From NCBI GenBank assembly GCA_964539475.1, contig CAZIIR010000001.1:2869-66868 (forward strand): a stretch of 64,000 nucleotides of DNA, in the 5' to 3' direction. This DNA comes from an uncultured Candidatus Saccharibacteria bacterium (GTDB lineage Bacteria; Patescibacteriota; Minisyncoccia; Phycocordibacterales; XYD1-FULL-46-19). A program made the position numbers and the translations under genes. The notes under the pieces are model-generated. The model made no database searches. It had not been told where the DNA came from and worked only from the letters and a program-made list of their open reading frames with translations. Positions 63,936-64,000 of the stretch are shown one piece after another (position 1 is the first letter of the stretch; the number at the start of each line of letters is the position of its first letter).

Positions 63936-64000
63936 ACTACTATGTCACGCCGTAATAAAATCGTTAGTCCATCCGAAGTAATCGCAGACACCGCAGCTCA

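Noticed and set aside
1-64000. CRISPR arrays, integrase or attachment sites, toxin-antitoxin pairs
   Set aside because: No regularly spaced direct repeats were seen, and no tyrosine or serine recombinase motif is present in any ORF of the window

Overview
This window reads as a 64-kb stretch of a low-GC tailed-phage (Caudoviricetes) genome made of two convergent gene blocks. All calls come from reading the sequence and ORF track by eye; no search tool was run.

The + strand block (1..26760) is a dense early/replication module of mostly small ORFs. Recognisable products are an HAD phosphatase, a MazG-like NTP pyrophosphatase, a DUF3310-like protein, a UvrD-like SF1 helicase, an SF2 helicase with a C-terminal zinc finger, four HNH endonucleases and an SSB-like protein ending in DDIPF. 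There are also a RuvC-like resolvase, a DHH/DHHA1 phosphoesterase, a PD-(D/E)xK nuclease with a QxxxY motif, a CCA-adding-enzyme-like nucleotidyltransferase, a tandem double-domain GroES co-chaperonin and a DnaC/IstB-like P-loop ATPase. The block also carries an encoded tRNA (anticodon CAU, 3' CCA encoded) and several GC-rich structured non-coding elements.

The - strand block (63216 down to 26762) is a late structural/lysis operon. In transcription order it runs large terminase (Walker A/B), portal, scaffold, major capsid protein, a GT2-like glycosyltransferase, a tail fibre with FN3 and ConA/LamG-like domains, a lysis cassette and several tail proteins. The lysis cassette is two lipoproteins, a four-TM membrane protein, a CHAP peptidase and a secreted HExxHxxGxxH metzincin. 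The block ends with three internal or ejected virion proteins of 403, 622 and 3316 aa; the giant one carries a zincin HExxH motif and Gly-rich and PT-rich linkers. A terminal HNH endonuclease follows.

The most unusual features are these:
- A ~900-bp ORF-free, GC-rich region (2752..3657) with a perfect 15-bp long-range helix and a 35-bp direct repeat, ending in a tRNA-like gene with an 8-bp acceptor stem and a long variable arm. It is a candidate large ornate ncRNA.
- A perfect sigma70 consensus promoter (TTGACA-N17-TATAAT, 1047..1075) feeding a hairpin and a 21-bp long-range helix that would make an RNase III-type substrate.
- A ~115-nt transcription unit bracketed by a promoter and a terminator (9074..9225), a likely sRNA.
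- Two paralogous Cys-rich small proteins, each lying upstream of a structured non-coding region.
- An over-represented ACTATCATGA start-codon context on six early genes.
- A GC-rich G-tract and palindrome region upstream of the late operon (63217..64000).

No DNA polymerase, integrase or CRISPR array is visible in the window. The sigma70-like promoters and the lipoprotein/spanin-like genes point to a Gram-negative host, but the host is not determined.
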